This document shows positions 36,601 to 43,829 of a DNA stretch of 64,000 nucleotides, piece by piece. Position 1 is the first letter of the stretch, and the number at the start of each line of letters is the position of its first letter. The notes under the pieces are model-generated. The model searched no databases, had not been told where the DNA came from, and saw nothing but the letters and a program-made list of their open reading frames with translations. Origin of the DNA: an uncultured virus (IMG/VR IMGVR_UViG_3300027969_000051) (lineage: Duplodnaviria; Heunggongvirae; Uroviricota; Caudoviricetes); the IMG/VR virus record IMGVR_UViG_3300027969_000051; one strand, given 5' to 3'. The position numbers were made by a program, and so were the translations under genes.

Positions 36601-39400
36601 ATTTACCCAACAGCTAGTAGAGCCTACTGATATATTCATTAGTGCCGCAGGAACTTTTAAATTATCGTCAGCTCCGATCGTAGGGTCAGTGATTACGCTT
36701 GTTGGTACATATCCGTCGATTAGGTTAGATGATCCTAATTATGGAACTGCTAATCAAACAAACCCTTCCGCAATTATTCCGACAATTATCGGAAACGGGG
36801 TAACTAAAACTTTTACAATTCCAAATACATTTATTGTAAACGACGGCGACGAATTTATATTCCGACCATCAACTAGCGATGGATCTGTTACGCCAAATGA
36901 ATCAGATTACGATACATCGATATCTGGTGGTAACACAACGACCACACTGTCAGGTGCATTTGCAACAGCAACAGGTATTGCCGCTGAAGATATTGTTATC
37001 GACGGCGACGGCTTTGTGACCCCGACAAGTAGCCCTGCACCTGAAGAAGTTGTTCCAGGCCAGGTAGTTGATACACTTGCTGTTAAGGTATTTGACCAAA
37101 CAGGCGCAGGCTCAGCAACTATTAAAGTTATTAGTAATACCGGCGACGGAACTACATGGGCTTATAAAATTGGCCAAACTCCTAATAGCAACAGAGCTGT
37201 AATTGTTAAACTAGACTCTAATATACTAACTTATATGACAGATTATATTGTTAATTACAAAGATGCAAAAATTGAGTTTGGCACAACAGTGGTATCGCAA
37301 GGTGTGTCAACCTTTACCCCGGCACCTCCGTCTGCGAGTCAAATAGTTAGCATTTATAGTATAGGGTTTAGTGGTGCAAACGTGTTAGATCTTGATTATT
37401 TTGTTGCTAATGGTACAATCACCGAGTTCATTACTAGAGCTCCGTGGTTGGATTCTCTAACATCGTTAGTATATGTTAACGGGATACCGACACAAGTATT
37501 CCTATTTGAAACAGATGCAACTTATTCTCTTGCAGGGGTTGTTGGGATTAGATTTGCAGTTCCACCTGCGGCTAATGCACTAATTAATTATATTTTAGTT
37601 AGCGGTGATCAACAAACTTTTGCGATAACTCATACAGAGACTATTTTAGCTAGCGGTGCGTCGACTTACAAACTTGTCAATCAAATTGGAAATAAGTTGC
37701 CAAATGAAAGTAGTATGTTAGTTAGAGTAAATCAAAATATTTTGCACGGCCCAAGTGACAATTATTTTACAATTGAAAAAAATAAATTAAATTACACATT
37801 AGACCCTGCTAAAGCAACGGCAAACTCTATTGATGCATCTAATATAAAAGTTTATGCAGATGGTAACATATTAAAACAAGGGATAGAATATTCGTTTGAT
37901 CCATCGGGCCCAACAGTTAAAATTACTAAAGCTATCTACGCACAATATAATAGAGCTACTCTAGTTATTAGTGTGTTGACCGATGCAGGGTACAGTTATA
38001 ATCAATCAACAAACATGCTAACATTGGCCCAAACCCCTACGGTAGGATCGATAGTCGAAGTTATTGGATCTTATGTACATGACATTCTCGACATCCAACG
38101 CACCGAAGTTGGGTATACTGCATCGTATCAAGTAACACCTAACACCTTTCAATTTTATAGCTATAATGCAATAACTAGCGGATTGATTGTGTTAGATCGC
38201 CCGGTGATCGACAATCAATATATTTGGGTAGTTAGAAATAATACATTATTAGTACCAAGTATTGATTATAAATTAAACGAGGATTTATTAAGTATCCAAT
38301 TATTACAAGGTGTAGTAGCCGACGACGTTATTACATTAATAACTTTTGGTAGTAATATATTACCACAATCTAGTATATCGTATATGCAATTTAAAGATAT
38401 GTTAAATCGTACAGTATACAAGCGGCTTAGTGCAACTAAACGCACATTATTAGCACAGCCTCTACGCTGGAACGATACTGCTATTCTAGTAAATGATGCA
38501 AGTAATTTTGACCAACCTAATCCTTCATTAAACAAGCCAGGGATTATAGAAATAAATGGAGAACGTATTGAGTATTTTGCAAAGGCGGGTAATGCATTAA
38601 GTAGACTTCGCAGAGGTACATTGGGAACAGGAGTAACTTCATTAAATCCTCAAGGGACGGTTGTACAAGAAATCGGGGCTAGTGAAACAATTCCGTACCT
38701 AGACACTGTGTTAACAGAGACAATAGTATCTGATGGTACTAACTTAGTTACTTTAGGCTATGTCCCGTCGACAATCAACGCAATTGATGTGTTTGTCGGC
38801 GGTTACGATACTGGAACTAGTTGGGAACCTAACACTGCATATGAAGTAGATCAAATCGTTACTGACGGCTGTTATACTTACAGAATTACAGTAAAACATC
38901 GAAGCGGGTCAGCATTCAACCGCAACGTAACTACACTAAACATTGACGGATCAGATCTTCTAAAGAATGTAAGTCCAGCCACTGTTAGAAGTTTCTTTGT
39001 AGGTAATATACGATTGAAAAAACACGCATACTCGGTATTCAACGTAAACACCGCTCCGTATAGTCCAGCTGGCGATGTTACATTCCCAGCAGATTTTTCA
39101 TTGGTCCGAGACCAATACGGGTTGCCTACTAATCAAATTCAGTTGACGAATAAGTTACAATTTGGAACTACTGTAACAGTAGTTAAGAAAACTGGTATAG
39201 ATTGGGATGGTAAAACTACCCCTAGTATTTTAAATGATAACACATCGATTGCAAATTTCTTAAAAGCAGTCCCAGGAGTGTGGTATGTCGAGTACAATAA
39301 ATATTCAACAACCACTACAACTACAACCACAACTGGTGGAACATTTGACAGCGGAACTGCTACATTTGATTCATCAGACATAACATTTGACCAAGGATAA
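24686..39400 (+). CDS. Giant multidomain baseplate wedge/adhesin protein (gp7-like position), 4904 aa
   Basis: Follows gp6; YINEVKPYKTKVRE; FG-GAP-like repeats; CBM5/12-like W..Y..G.V.Y modules; G.GY repeats; C-terminal TFDS repeats. Confidence 0.75.
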   Translation: MATNKLPNANGLSVNLLPDFYQTSTNKKFLQATIDQLYQPGTVTKTSGFIGSQTAKATSGEDVYVGAPSVTRQNYQLDPGIVIKDELDNITFFKDYQDYINQLGVFGANTSNHARLNKQEFYSWDPHIDWDKFVNFQNYYWLPYGPSLITIYGQSTAIASTYTVEIQDEQNRYQYLFTPNGLDLNPSIKLYRGQTYHFDINSPANPFSFKLLRSIGQSDRYVIPGISGYGVETGTITFTIPSDSPSVLFYQSEADINLGGIVEIYDIEESSKIDVTNDILGKKTYSLANGLSLSNGMKVAFGGLVTPDTYASGQYYVEGVGTAIKLVPESILEIISPYTTAQSILFDSTPFDTEPFSDSTGFASLKDYIVINRSSKDHNPWSRYNRWFHKDVISASASYNGTTTTLNQESRANRSIIEFEADLKLFNFGATAITDVDLVDDYTSDIFSEIEGTRGYNIDGVQLTEGLKILFTADPDPLVKDKIFQVSFLIIQGIRQIHLEEILIPQYDQVTLVRQGVKYQSQMLWYNGITWISAQQKTNTNQSPLFDLVDETETSYGNTEAYPGSTFVGTPIFSYKIATTGTTDAVLGFKLSYQNVNNVGDILFQFNLANDTFEYKTTSSVVSQAINTGYLIRKDYVGNPIYVNGWQICQTTNVQAARRVYKNSGKVNNFNLDIFDDVSKLTDLVVKVYVNGVRLASTSWQLVNGSNYKIINLNADIALTDILLIRAFSSQPINENGFYEIPFNLQNNPLNDYMAEFTLGEVSDHVNSIVDNVANFSGAFPGASNLRDLGSVSQYGTKFVQHSGPVSLALYHLTSEKNNVIKAIEKSREDYNSFKRNFVNVLGTVAAEGVSTSDFVEGLMAKINQNSAVSSTYWFSDMLAFGAQSKTDLTVVDFRIREYPLTDPFSLNVLSSKAVHIYLNGEQLLYGLQYTFNDQGFVIILDSVILVNGDIITTIEYDSTDGSLVPATPTKLGIWPKFEPKIYLDTSLVTPRMMIQGHDGSQTLAFGDYRDAVILELEKKIYNNIKVQYDPSIFDINDFIPGYNRVTDYSLSEFNTVLAPNFYKWINVVGVDFTKPLSYDRSNSFTYNYSNDVAPDGRNVPGYWRGIYRWLLDTDRPNLCPWEMLGFSIEPTWWTTVYGPAPYTSENKVLWQDLSDGAIKQPGKPVVVNKKYVRPFLINHIPVDESGNILSPQASGLATGIFRQSTDNNFVFGDVSPVESAWRRSSHFPFSVIIATMLMAPANTFGLLLDRSRIVRNKAKQLVYRDTGLRIRPMDIVVPSTYFSPTRIPTAGIVNYLVDYILSFSFTDNLLQYTRYASDLSLINVQLSYRIGAFTNKDKFNLLLESKTPLSTGNVFIPQEDYQVFLNTSSPIKKLTYSGVIITKLSTGFEVKGYSLTQPYFKIYNYLQSGTTINVGGISENYVNWTAGQQYISGTIVKYSNKFFRSISTNTAASAFDATNFASLPELPIVGGVNAIFRKKWDTDEEVTIPYGTTFKTVQQVVDFLLGYGEWLTAQGFEFNTFNSNLGSISNWSTSSKEFMFWTTQNWSTGQDKWSDWIAEQPYTYGSIVRYNGDYYSANYNILPSAIFDSTNYTKLDGLSELGSSVISLSPGASGIKFTTALSVVDNITNPFNVYEFFKVDGTPINSRDLDSYREGNEVSYTPKTNDGIYCASFYLIQNEHVIVINNIDIFNDVIYNPTSGYRRDRIKISGYVTTNWYGGLDIPGFIFDQAVINNWQAWQDYNMGDVVAYQGNYYSAITFLAGTQAFNTASWSRLSKKPNSAILPNWTNLATQFTDFYGLDIEGFDTAQQTMSHHLIGYQKREYLNNIIQDDVSEFKFYQGMIREKGTQNVLNKLFGVLTNNNEDSLKFYEEWALRVGRYGAESAFEDIEIVLDEALFRNNPQGYVLVPRKDKNINSFIVQQTPNDVYLKPLGYNSNPFPAVVDHTPLLRSAGYVNPVDVTFSLGTIADILTKDIDTLNNGGYAWAAFEGASWNIYRFTDLQIRVTDVSYNLPTKTLSISTANIIPFKEGSYVGLSQVALLKGFYKVESVKLNVFTVSATIASFPQSFTQQGELVVYSLISRRAPSIDSIDQLILSHLSPGELIWTDDDGTGKWASWKYDPIYNSTPVRNPTPQSNFLFGTSMTVDKNSSILAVGNSQGTVLIYDKVGRAVPWVQRDTLDIPFIVKNSQLDPSRNLQPNQVSTILAISTDTTWLATGSPLVGYACSAYVGDYVNQLYSVDDVVRIQTSVTSWEYYRAIESVPLGQAPSPISLYWETIPYISIDKNTGTDSNLAGQGVISIYKKDINNVFSLVDTIISPVPATNENFGSTLKFGNNTLYVGATGYDNNRGRVYKLNYVTIINRTYAFNPVGSSANTVVLSSSLGVREGMLVESVGFPASAEVTVEYVLTKMTFLSSLTIIASITAGMTVEGNNILPGVTVVYKGEDVNSSGQTTNLYVVVKGPQDLSSNITLVLFGGTISVATTGVSSLKTVILNGTPTTTPVGNINFVTKNWTYDFSEEYIGLETGSNFGSAIDLSIDESTLAISASGGIRDGQVTVYKNSSLVGILSSPTAGAVSNFGCSISLDNTGSFLVISDPYATQSISGEGVVTVFYYDTVISEYLPFQVLTDAHPQTNGLFGYKVSFMNDSQTIATLSKNGDTSIETTFNVGGITTFDKQSTNFITTQFNNGRVDIYDRYNTTWEFSESLISTNQPSEGYGVGFAVGTDRVVVSAPFATDNSLNSGRVYDYGKPRNTFTWTIDKFETTIPDVSKIKKAFLYNRSLGTLVTYLDYVDPLQGKIPGPAEEEIKFKTFYDPAIYSLGTDAVTVDSNSYWNDEQVGMLWWNLSTAKFLNNYFDDVGYRNNTWNTLATGASIDIYEWVGTKLKPEQWDAKADTPAGISVGISGTSLYGAGVYSASQTYDTVSKAFITTYFFWVKNKKVVPNIPGRYLTASDISSLITNPRGQGYTCLALTGTNSFSLINAGKYLQDTNVVLAIEYWTIDKTDQNIHSQWRLISNNDVTQIPPRIETKWIDSLCGKDTRGREVPDRGLPVKLRYGVENRPRQGMFINRIEAIKETVEHINSVLILNQITQSRDISPLFEKDAEPTLLSGVYDVVVDTNAELNYTGYRAFIRPELQPVIVNGRITSISIVSSGKGYANPPFITISGSGAGAVAQAILDISGSIIGAKIINSGEGYNSNTTVSIRDYSVLVHTDNSAEYGWAVFSYAPEVQQWERASTQGYDVTKYWSYTDWYLPDSGINQFTGPDFIIDSYSDITSVEQSLIKIATAGPTVADILNPLVKIKNGNSGKWVLLYRSSESLEYNNDWTNLYTVVGVQDGTIQLNSNLYRFDNTTVGYDSSIFDSSEFDVEASTELRIILTAIRKNILIDELEQEYLNTFFTGVRFAHREQPYIDWIFKTSFVRATHDAGSLDQPVNYPADNLSNFQDYINEVKPYKTKVREYITRFTNLDVGSTAITDFDLQPTLINDVITTIDATVVNGAIVSRSSELETYPFKFWYDNAGYTVTDIQLFDGGSGYITDPVVIITGSSKVQATARAYVSNGKVNRVIMITTGAGYLVAPTITFAGGLALGGVNAKGVAILGNGVVRSQRTALKFDRTTQTYYITDLQVVETFTGSGSRLQFALKWAPDIRVGKTSVAINGFPILRELFKVTLITEKINGVTQYSGKITFVTAPANASTIVVTYTKDTVMLNAADRILHYYNPTTGQLGKDLTQLMTGVDYGGVIVSGLGFDISGGWGTQGWGTDKWDNRDPTFNDYIVQVSANTHSFTYPNNFAAPAVGTAINVYYVEKKSVTYTVDSTRATGYNFDVEIISPAVSISSTTTSAAVTSTYDALNSFGFTLRVASTANIVVGMVISGTGFTLRQQVTAVVNSTTLTISAVPDSVPSGTLRFSNNAGSFILSVASVANLEVGNIVTCASVSAFSYNTTIKSIDTTNNAITLSNVLSRVLASGVTITFTQQLVEPTDIFISAAGTFKLSSAPIVGSVITLVGTYPSIRLDDPNYGTANQTNPSAIIPTIIGNGVTKTFTIPNTFIVNDGDEFIFRPSTSDGSVTPNESDYDTSISGGNTTTTLSGAFATATGIAAEDIVIDGDGFVTPTSSPAPEEVVPGQVVDTLAVKVFDQTGAGSATIKVISNTGDGTTWAYKIGQTPNSNRAVIVKLDSNILTYMTDYIVNYKDAKIEFGTTVVSQGVSTFTPAPPSASQIVSIYSIGFSGANVLDLDYFVANGTITEFITRAPWLDSLTSLVYVNGIPTQVFLFETDATYSLAGVVGIRFAVPPAANALINYILVSGDQQTFAITHTETILASGASTYKLVNQIGNKLPNESSMLVRVNQNILHGPSDNYFTIEKNKLNYTLDPAKATANSIDASNIKVYADGNILKQGIEYSFDPSGPTVKITKAIYAQYNRATLVISVLTDAGYSYNQSTNMLTLAQTPTVGSIVEVIGSYVHDILDIQRTEVGYTASYQVTPNTFQFYSYNAITSGLIVLDRPVIDNQYIWVVRNNTLLVPSIDYKLNEDLLSIQLLQGVVADDVITLITFGSNILPQSSISYMQFKDMLNRTVYKRLSATKRTLLAQPLRWNDTAILVNDASNFDQPNPSLNKPGIIEINGERIEYFAKAGNALSRLRRGTLGTGVTSLNPQGTVVQEIGASETIPYLDTVLTETIVSDGTNLVTLGYVPSTINAIDVFVGGYDTGTSWEPNTAYEVDQIVTDGCYTYRITVKHRSGSAFNRNVTTLNIDGSDLLKNVSPATVRSFFVGNIRLKKHAYSVFNVNTAPYSPAGDVTFPADFSLVRDQYGLPTNQIQLTNKLQFGTTVTVVKKTGIDWDGKTTPSILNDNTSIANFLKAVPGVWYVEYNKYSTTTTTTTTTGGTFDSGTATFDSSDITFDQG

Positions 39401-39405
39401 AAAAG

Positions 39406-42099
39406 ATGGCCCAGCAAACTATTAACACAGGAGCAGCCGCAGGGGATAAAACTGGTGACAGTTTACGAACTGCTGGTAATAAGATAAATTTAAATTTTTC
39501 TGAATTATATTCAGTTAAAGTTCCGACAGTAACAGGATCTAGTGGAAAGTTTCTAGCTACTGATGGGCAGAATCTATATTGGGGAATTCCTTCAGTACAA
39601 AATGGGGTAGTAACTACTGGAACATATACTGATCCAAGTTGGATACTTAGTTTAGCCTACTCAAAAATAACAGGTGCACCGGGCGCATATTCTTTACCAA
39701 CATCTAGTACTAGTGTTCTAGGCGGTGTTAAAGTTGATGGTAGTACAATTACAATTAATGGCAGCGGTGTCATCAGTGGCACAACTTCATACACATTACC
39801 GACATCAAGCCCTAGTATACTAGGTGGCGTTAAAATTGACGGTAGTACAATCACAATTAGTAACGGCACTATCAGTAGTGTACTGCCAACAGCAACAACT
39901 GCTGTAAAAGGCGGAGTAACAGTTGATGGTACAACAATTACAATTAATAATGGAACGATTAGTGCTCCGTACTCATATACATTACCGATAGCAACATCTG
40001 GAACATTAGGCGGTGTAAAACAAGGTACTAATGTTTCAATAGATGTTGCAGGAGTAATCAGCGTTGCTACCGGAGCAGGCTATGCACTGCCAACTGCAAC
40101 TACAAGTGTACTTGGTGGCGTCAAAGTTGACGGCACTACTATCGATATAAGTAGCGGAAGTATATCTGCGCTATCAACTAATATTCGTGCAGTTGCCGCC
40201 GCAATGTTTACAGGTGGCACACAGACAGGATTAACCTTCTCGTATAATTCGGGAACAGGATTAATGACATCTACCAACACTAACGGAGCAGGCGGAAGTG
40301 GTATCACTGGGGTTACAATCCAACAGGCAACGGTAACTCAAGGTAGTGCTAGTGCAATTACTACAGTAAACTTTACAGGGGCAGGAGTTACAGCATCGGC
40401 ATCAGGTAGTGTTGCTACAGTTAATATCCCAAGTAGTGCATATACTCTGCCAACAGCAACCGCAAGTGTGCTTGGCGGTGTTAAAGTTGACAACACAACA
40501 ATTACCGTAGCCAGCGGTGTAATTAGTACAGTAGCCCGACCCCAAGCAACAACAAGTACGCTCGGAGAAGTTAAAGTTGACGGTTCATCGATTACAATTA
40601 ATGCTGGTACCGGTGTAATCAGTGCAACAGCCTATAGTTTACCGACAGCGGGAGTAAGTTCAGTTGGAACATTAGGCGGAGTCAAAGTTGATGGTTCTAC
40701 AGTTACAATTAACGGAAGCGGGGTAATTAGTGCAACACTACCCACATCTACATTAAGTGTGATCGGTGGAGTGAAACCAGACGGAACTTCGATTACTATC
40801 AATGCCGGCACCATTAGTGCTACTGCTTATAGTTTACCAACAGCATCTATATCTACATTGGGCGGAGTTAAGATCGATGGTACTACATTAAGCATCAACG
40901 GCGCAGGCGTGCTATCTTCAAACTATGTAAATTATACACTACCTACAGCAGGTGTAGGATCAGGCGGCTCACTAGGAGGCGTCAAAGTCGACGGAACCAC
41001 AGTTACAATTAGTAACGGAGTTATCTCAGCAGTTATTAATACTCCGACAATTTCGGTAGTAACTGCGACACCTGGCATACAATCGTTAAGCTATAGCGCA
41101 GGCACATTATCGTTTACCCCATATCTGTTACCCACTGCTTCAATCAGCACAACTGGGGGTGTTAAGGTCGATGGTAGTACTATTTTAATTAATAACGGAG
41201 TAATTAGTGCTCCAACACAAAGTTCATACACGCTGTCTACCGCTACTGACCAAACATTAGGCGGCGTCACTATCGCCGCTGTTTCTACCAGCGGAATTAT
41301 TAATACAAGCGGAGCAATAAGTCTAGCAACTGCAAGTGTAACACAACTGGGCGGAGTCAAAGTTGATGGTACGACCGTTACTATCAGCAACGGAGTTATT
41401 AGTGCTCCGGTAGCATCATATACTCTGCCAACCGCAACTGCAAGTGTGCTTGGCGGTGTTAAAGTTGACGGCACGTCTGTTGTAATTAATAACGGAGTTA
41501 TTAGTAGTACAGCTTCATTCACATTACCAACCGCAAGTACTTCTATATTAGGTGGCGTTAAAGTTGATGGAACAACTATTACAATTAATTCTGGTACCGG
41601 AGTTATTAGTGCGGCATCGGCATATTCGTTACCAACTGCTAGCACATCTGTATTAGGTGGTGTTAAAGTTGATGGTACGACTGTGACGATTAGTGGCGGT
41701 GTTATTAGTGCTACCGGGTTAAACAGTCGAACAACTATAACAACTACCACAGCAAGTCTAGCTAACAACGCTAATGCTAATGCTAATATTACTGGATATA
41801 AATCCTATGCATTATTAAAAATTCAAACATCGGCAGCAGCCTGGGTCCGAATATATTCAGATGCCGCATCTAGAACTGCTGATGCATCTCGAGCATCTAC
41901 TACCGATCCGTTACCAAGTGCCGGAGTTATTGCTGAAGTAATTACAACTGGTGCGCAGACAATTCTTATTAGTCCTGGAGCATTTGGATTTAATAGTGAA
42001 GCTACACCTACTACTAATGTTCCAGTGAATATTACAAATCTTTCCGGCGCATCGGCAGCAATTACTGTTACATTGACAGTACTACAATTAGAGGTATAA
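39406..42099 (+). CDS. Ser/Thr/Gly-rich fibre with gp9/gp10-like N-terminus and about 17 repeats
   Basis: QTINTG...TGDSLRTAGNKINLNFSELY; repeats of Y(T/S)LPTA...LGGVKVDGTTITI..GVISA. Confidence 0.8.
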   Translation: MAQQTINTGAAAGDKTGDSLRTAGNKINLNFSELYSVKVPTVTGSSGKFLATDGQNLYWGIPSVQNGVVTTGTYTDPSWILSLAYSKITGAPGAYSLPTSSTSVLGGVKVDGSTITINGSGVISGTTSYTLPTSSPSILGGVKIDGSTITISNGTISSVLPTATTAVKGGVTVDGTTITINNGTISAPYSYTLPIATSGTLGGVKQGTNVSIDVAGVISVATGAGYALPTATTSVLGGVKVDGTTIDISSGSISALSTNIRAVAAAMFTGGTQTGLTFSYNSGTGLMTSTNTNGAGGSGITGVTIQQATVTQGSASAITTVNFTGAGVTASASGSVATVNIPSSAYTLPTATASVLGGVKVDNTTITVASGVISTVARPQATTSTLGEVKVDGSSITINAGTGVISATAYSLPTAGVSSVGTLGGVKVDGSTVTINGSGVISATLPTSTLSVIGGVKPDGTSITINAGTISATAYSLPTASISTLGGVKIDGTTLSINGAGVLSSNYVNYTLPTAGVGSGGSLGGVKVDGTTVTISNGVISAVINTPTISVVTATPGIQSLSYSAGTLSFTPYLLPTASISTTGGVKVDGSTILINNGVISAPTQSSYTLSTATDQTLGGVTIAAVSTSGIINTSGAISLATASVTQLGGVKVDGTTVTISNGVISAPVASYTLPTATASVLGGVKVDGTSVVINNGVISSTASFTLPTASTSILGGVKVDGTTITINSGTGVISAASAYSLPTASTSVLGGVKVDGTTVTISGGVISATGLNSRTTITTTTASLANNANANANITGYKSYALLKIQTSAAAWVRIYSDAASRTADASRASTTDPLPSAGVIAEVITTGAQTILISPGAFGFNSEATPTTNVPVNITNLSGASAAITVTLTVLQLEV
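39685..41712 (+). repeat. Coding tandem repeats (about 90-105 bp unit) in the fibre gene
   Basis: Recurrent GGCGGTGTTAAAGTTGA-like core; 40439-40491 and 41417-41469 differ at 2 of 53 nt. Confidence 0.85.
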
Positions 42100-42100
42100 T

Positions 42101-43777
42101 ATGGCTGATATTCAAGAATATATTGTTACAGCAAAGACTATGGACGATGCTACATCTCTACTTGACGATTTAGAAACTCTCGGAGGTGATCTTTATATTC
42201 CTAACAGAGCCGTAGAAGTAACTCAGCGTAGAGAGATAAGTAGAAACACACATTTCTTGTTAACCGCTGAAGAAGCAGACCGACTATGTAACGACTCACG
42301 AGTTATTGCAGTAGAACTAATGCCTAGTTTACAAGGTATAAAAGCAACCCCGCATTGGACACAAACTGGCAACTTTGAAAAAAATGTAACTATTGATACA
42401 AACGATAAAAACTGGGGGCTATATAGATGCACAGCTGGATCAAATCTAGCAACATGGGGAACTAACGGATCATTTACACAAACAACACAGACTATATCTA
42501 CCACCAGTTCCGGAAAAAATGTAGATGTTGTGATAGTCGATGCACATATAAATTTTAATCATCCAGAGTTTGCAGTAAATGTAGACGGCACTGGCGGATC
42601 TAGAGCTGTACAATATAATTGGTTTCAACATAGCGCGGCATTAGGGTATAGCACTGTTGGAATATACGATTACACTAGTATCTCTAGTGCCCACGGCACT
42701 CATACTACGGGTACTACAGCAGGCAACACACAGGGGTGGGCTCGTGACGCAAATATTTACAATATAGAATTTGACTATCCAGGCCCTGCTTTAGGCGGAA
42801 ACGGTCCAGGTGACGATTGGTCAGTTTTCTTATTTGATTATATTCGATATTTCCACAATAATAAACCGATTAATCCTGCAACTGGAAAACGCAATCCAAC
42901 TATCACAAACAATAGCTGGGGATATAGTTATTACGACGCAAATAATTTTGTTCTAACCAATGTTACCAGCGTAACCTATCGAGGAACTACTATTAATTTA
43001 ACTGGGATGAGTGATGCAACTAAGCGTACTAATTTACAAGCAAACGGAATTCCAGTGCCGGCCTCTACCTACCTATATAGACCACCAGCAAGAAGTGCCG
43101 GAGTTGAAGCCGATATTCAGGATGCAATAGCAGATGGAGTTATTGTAGTGGCCAGTGCCGGAAATAGTTACTGGAATTGTGCAACTTCAGATTTATCAGA
43201 TTACAATAATTCGTTTACTTATAGTGGTTCTGTTTATTATCCTACTCGTGGATCATCTCCTGGGGCTGCTGACCAAGTTATCAACGTAGGATCTATAGCT
43301 ACCTCTACCTTAGAATATAAAAGCACTTTTAGTAATTACGGCAAACGAGTTGATATATGGGCTCCTGGGCAATATATTGTTTCAAGTGTATACGATGCAA
43401 ATGCCGCAACTGAATTTGGAATTACCCTTGTAAACGATCCCAGAAATTCTGCGTATAAACTAGGAAGTATATCAGGAACTAGTATGGCTAGCCCGCAAGT
43501 CGCCGGGTATCTGGCATGCTTGCTAGAACAATACCCTAATATGCGTCAAACAGCCGCTTTGCAACATCTAATTACTAATACAACAAAAAATCAAATAGGA
43601 TCAACCGGCGGACTTGCAGGCGATTATACATCATTAGGTACTAACTCAAATAATCGATATTTGTATTATGTGGCAGTTCGCCCTACAACCGGAACAGTTT
43701 CACCGATGAGCAGGTATCAAGATAGGCCTGCAAGCGGTGTAGTTTACCCGAGATCGAGGATTCGAAAGTACGGGTAA
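42101..43777 (+). CDS. Subtilisin-family (S8) serine protease, probably virion-associated
   Basis: Catalytic motifs VDVVIVD, HGTHTTGT, ASAGN, GTSMASP; N-terminal propeptide-like region; no signal peptide. Confidence 0.9.
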   Translation: MADIQEYIVTAKTMDDATSLLDDLETLGGDLYIPNRAVEVTQRREISRNTHFLLTAEEADRLCNDSRVIAVELMPSLQGIKATPHWTQTGNFEKNVTIDTNDKNWGLYRCTAGSNLATWGTNGSFTQTTQTISTTSSGKNVDVVIVDAHINFNHPEFAVNVDGTGGSRAVQYNWFQHSAALGYSTVGIYDYTSISSAHGTHTTGTTAGNTQGWARDANIYNIEFDYPGPALGGNGPGDDWSVFLFDYIRYFHNNKPINPATGKRNPTITNNSWGYSYYDANNFVLTNVTSVTYRGTTINLTGMSDATKRTNLQANGIPVPASTYLYRPPARSAGVEADIQDAIADGVIVVASAGNSYWNCATSDLSDYNNSFTYSGSVYYPTRGSSPGAADQVINVGSIATSTLEYKSTFSNYGKRVDIWAPGQYIVSSVYDANAATEFGITLVNDPRNSAYKLGSISGTSMASPQVAGYLACLLEQYPNMRQTAALQHLITNTTKNQIGSTGGLAGDYTSLGTNSNNRYLYYVAVRPTTGTVSPMSRYQDRPASGVVYPRSRIRKYG

Positions 43778-43801
43778 TTAAACTACCACATTATAAACAT
43801 T

Positions 43802-43809
43802 GATAAATA
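43802..43809 (+). promoter_or_regulatory. Late promoter GATAAATA
   Basis: 20 nt before ATG at 43830; TAAACTAC 17 nt upstream of the TAAATA core. Confidence 0.7.
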
Positions 43810-43829
43810 CAAGATAAAGAGAGACTATT

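Noticed and set aside
39308..39334. ACN trinucleotide run as a phase-variable microsatellite
   Set aside because: Mixed ACA/ACC/ACT Thr codons indicate a protein linker, not a pure slippage tract.
39685..41712. Regular repeats as a CRISPR array or DGR template
   Set aside because: Repeats are in-frame and vary at synonymous positions; no cas or reverse transcriptase gene and no adenine-specific variation.
41091..41768. 225-aa minus-strand repetitive ORF and many other short antisense ORFs in the track
   Set aside because: Shadows of well-supported genes on the opposite strand, with no independent SD or promoter noticed.
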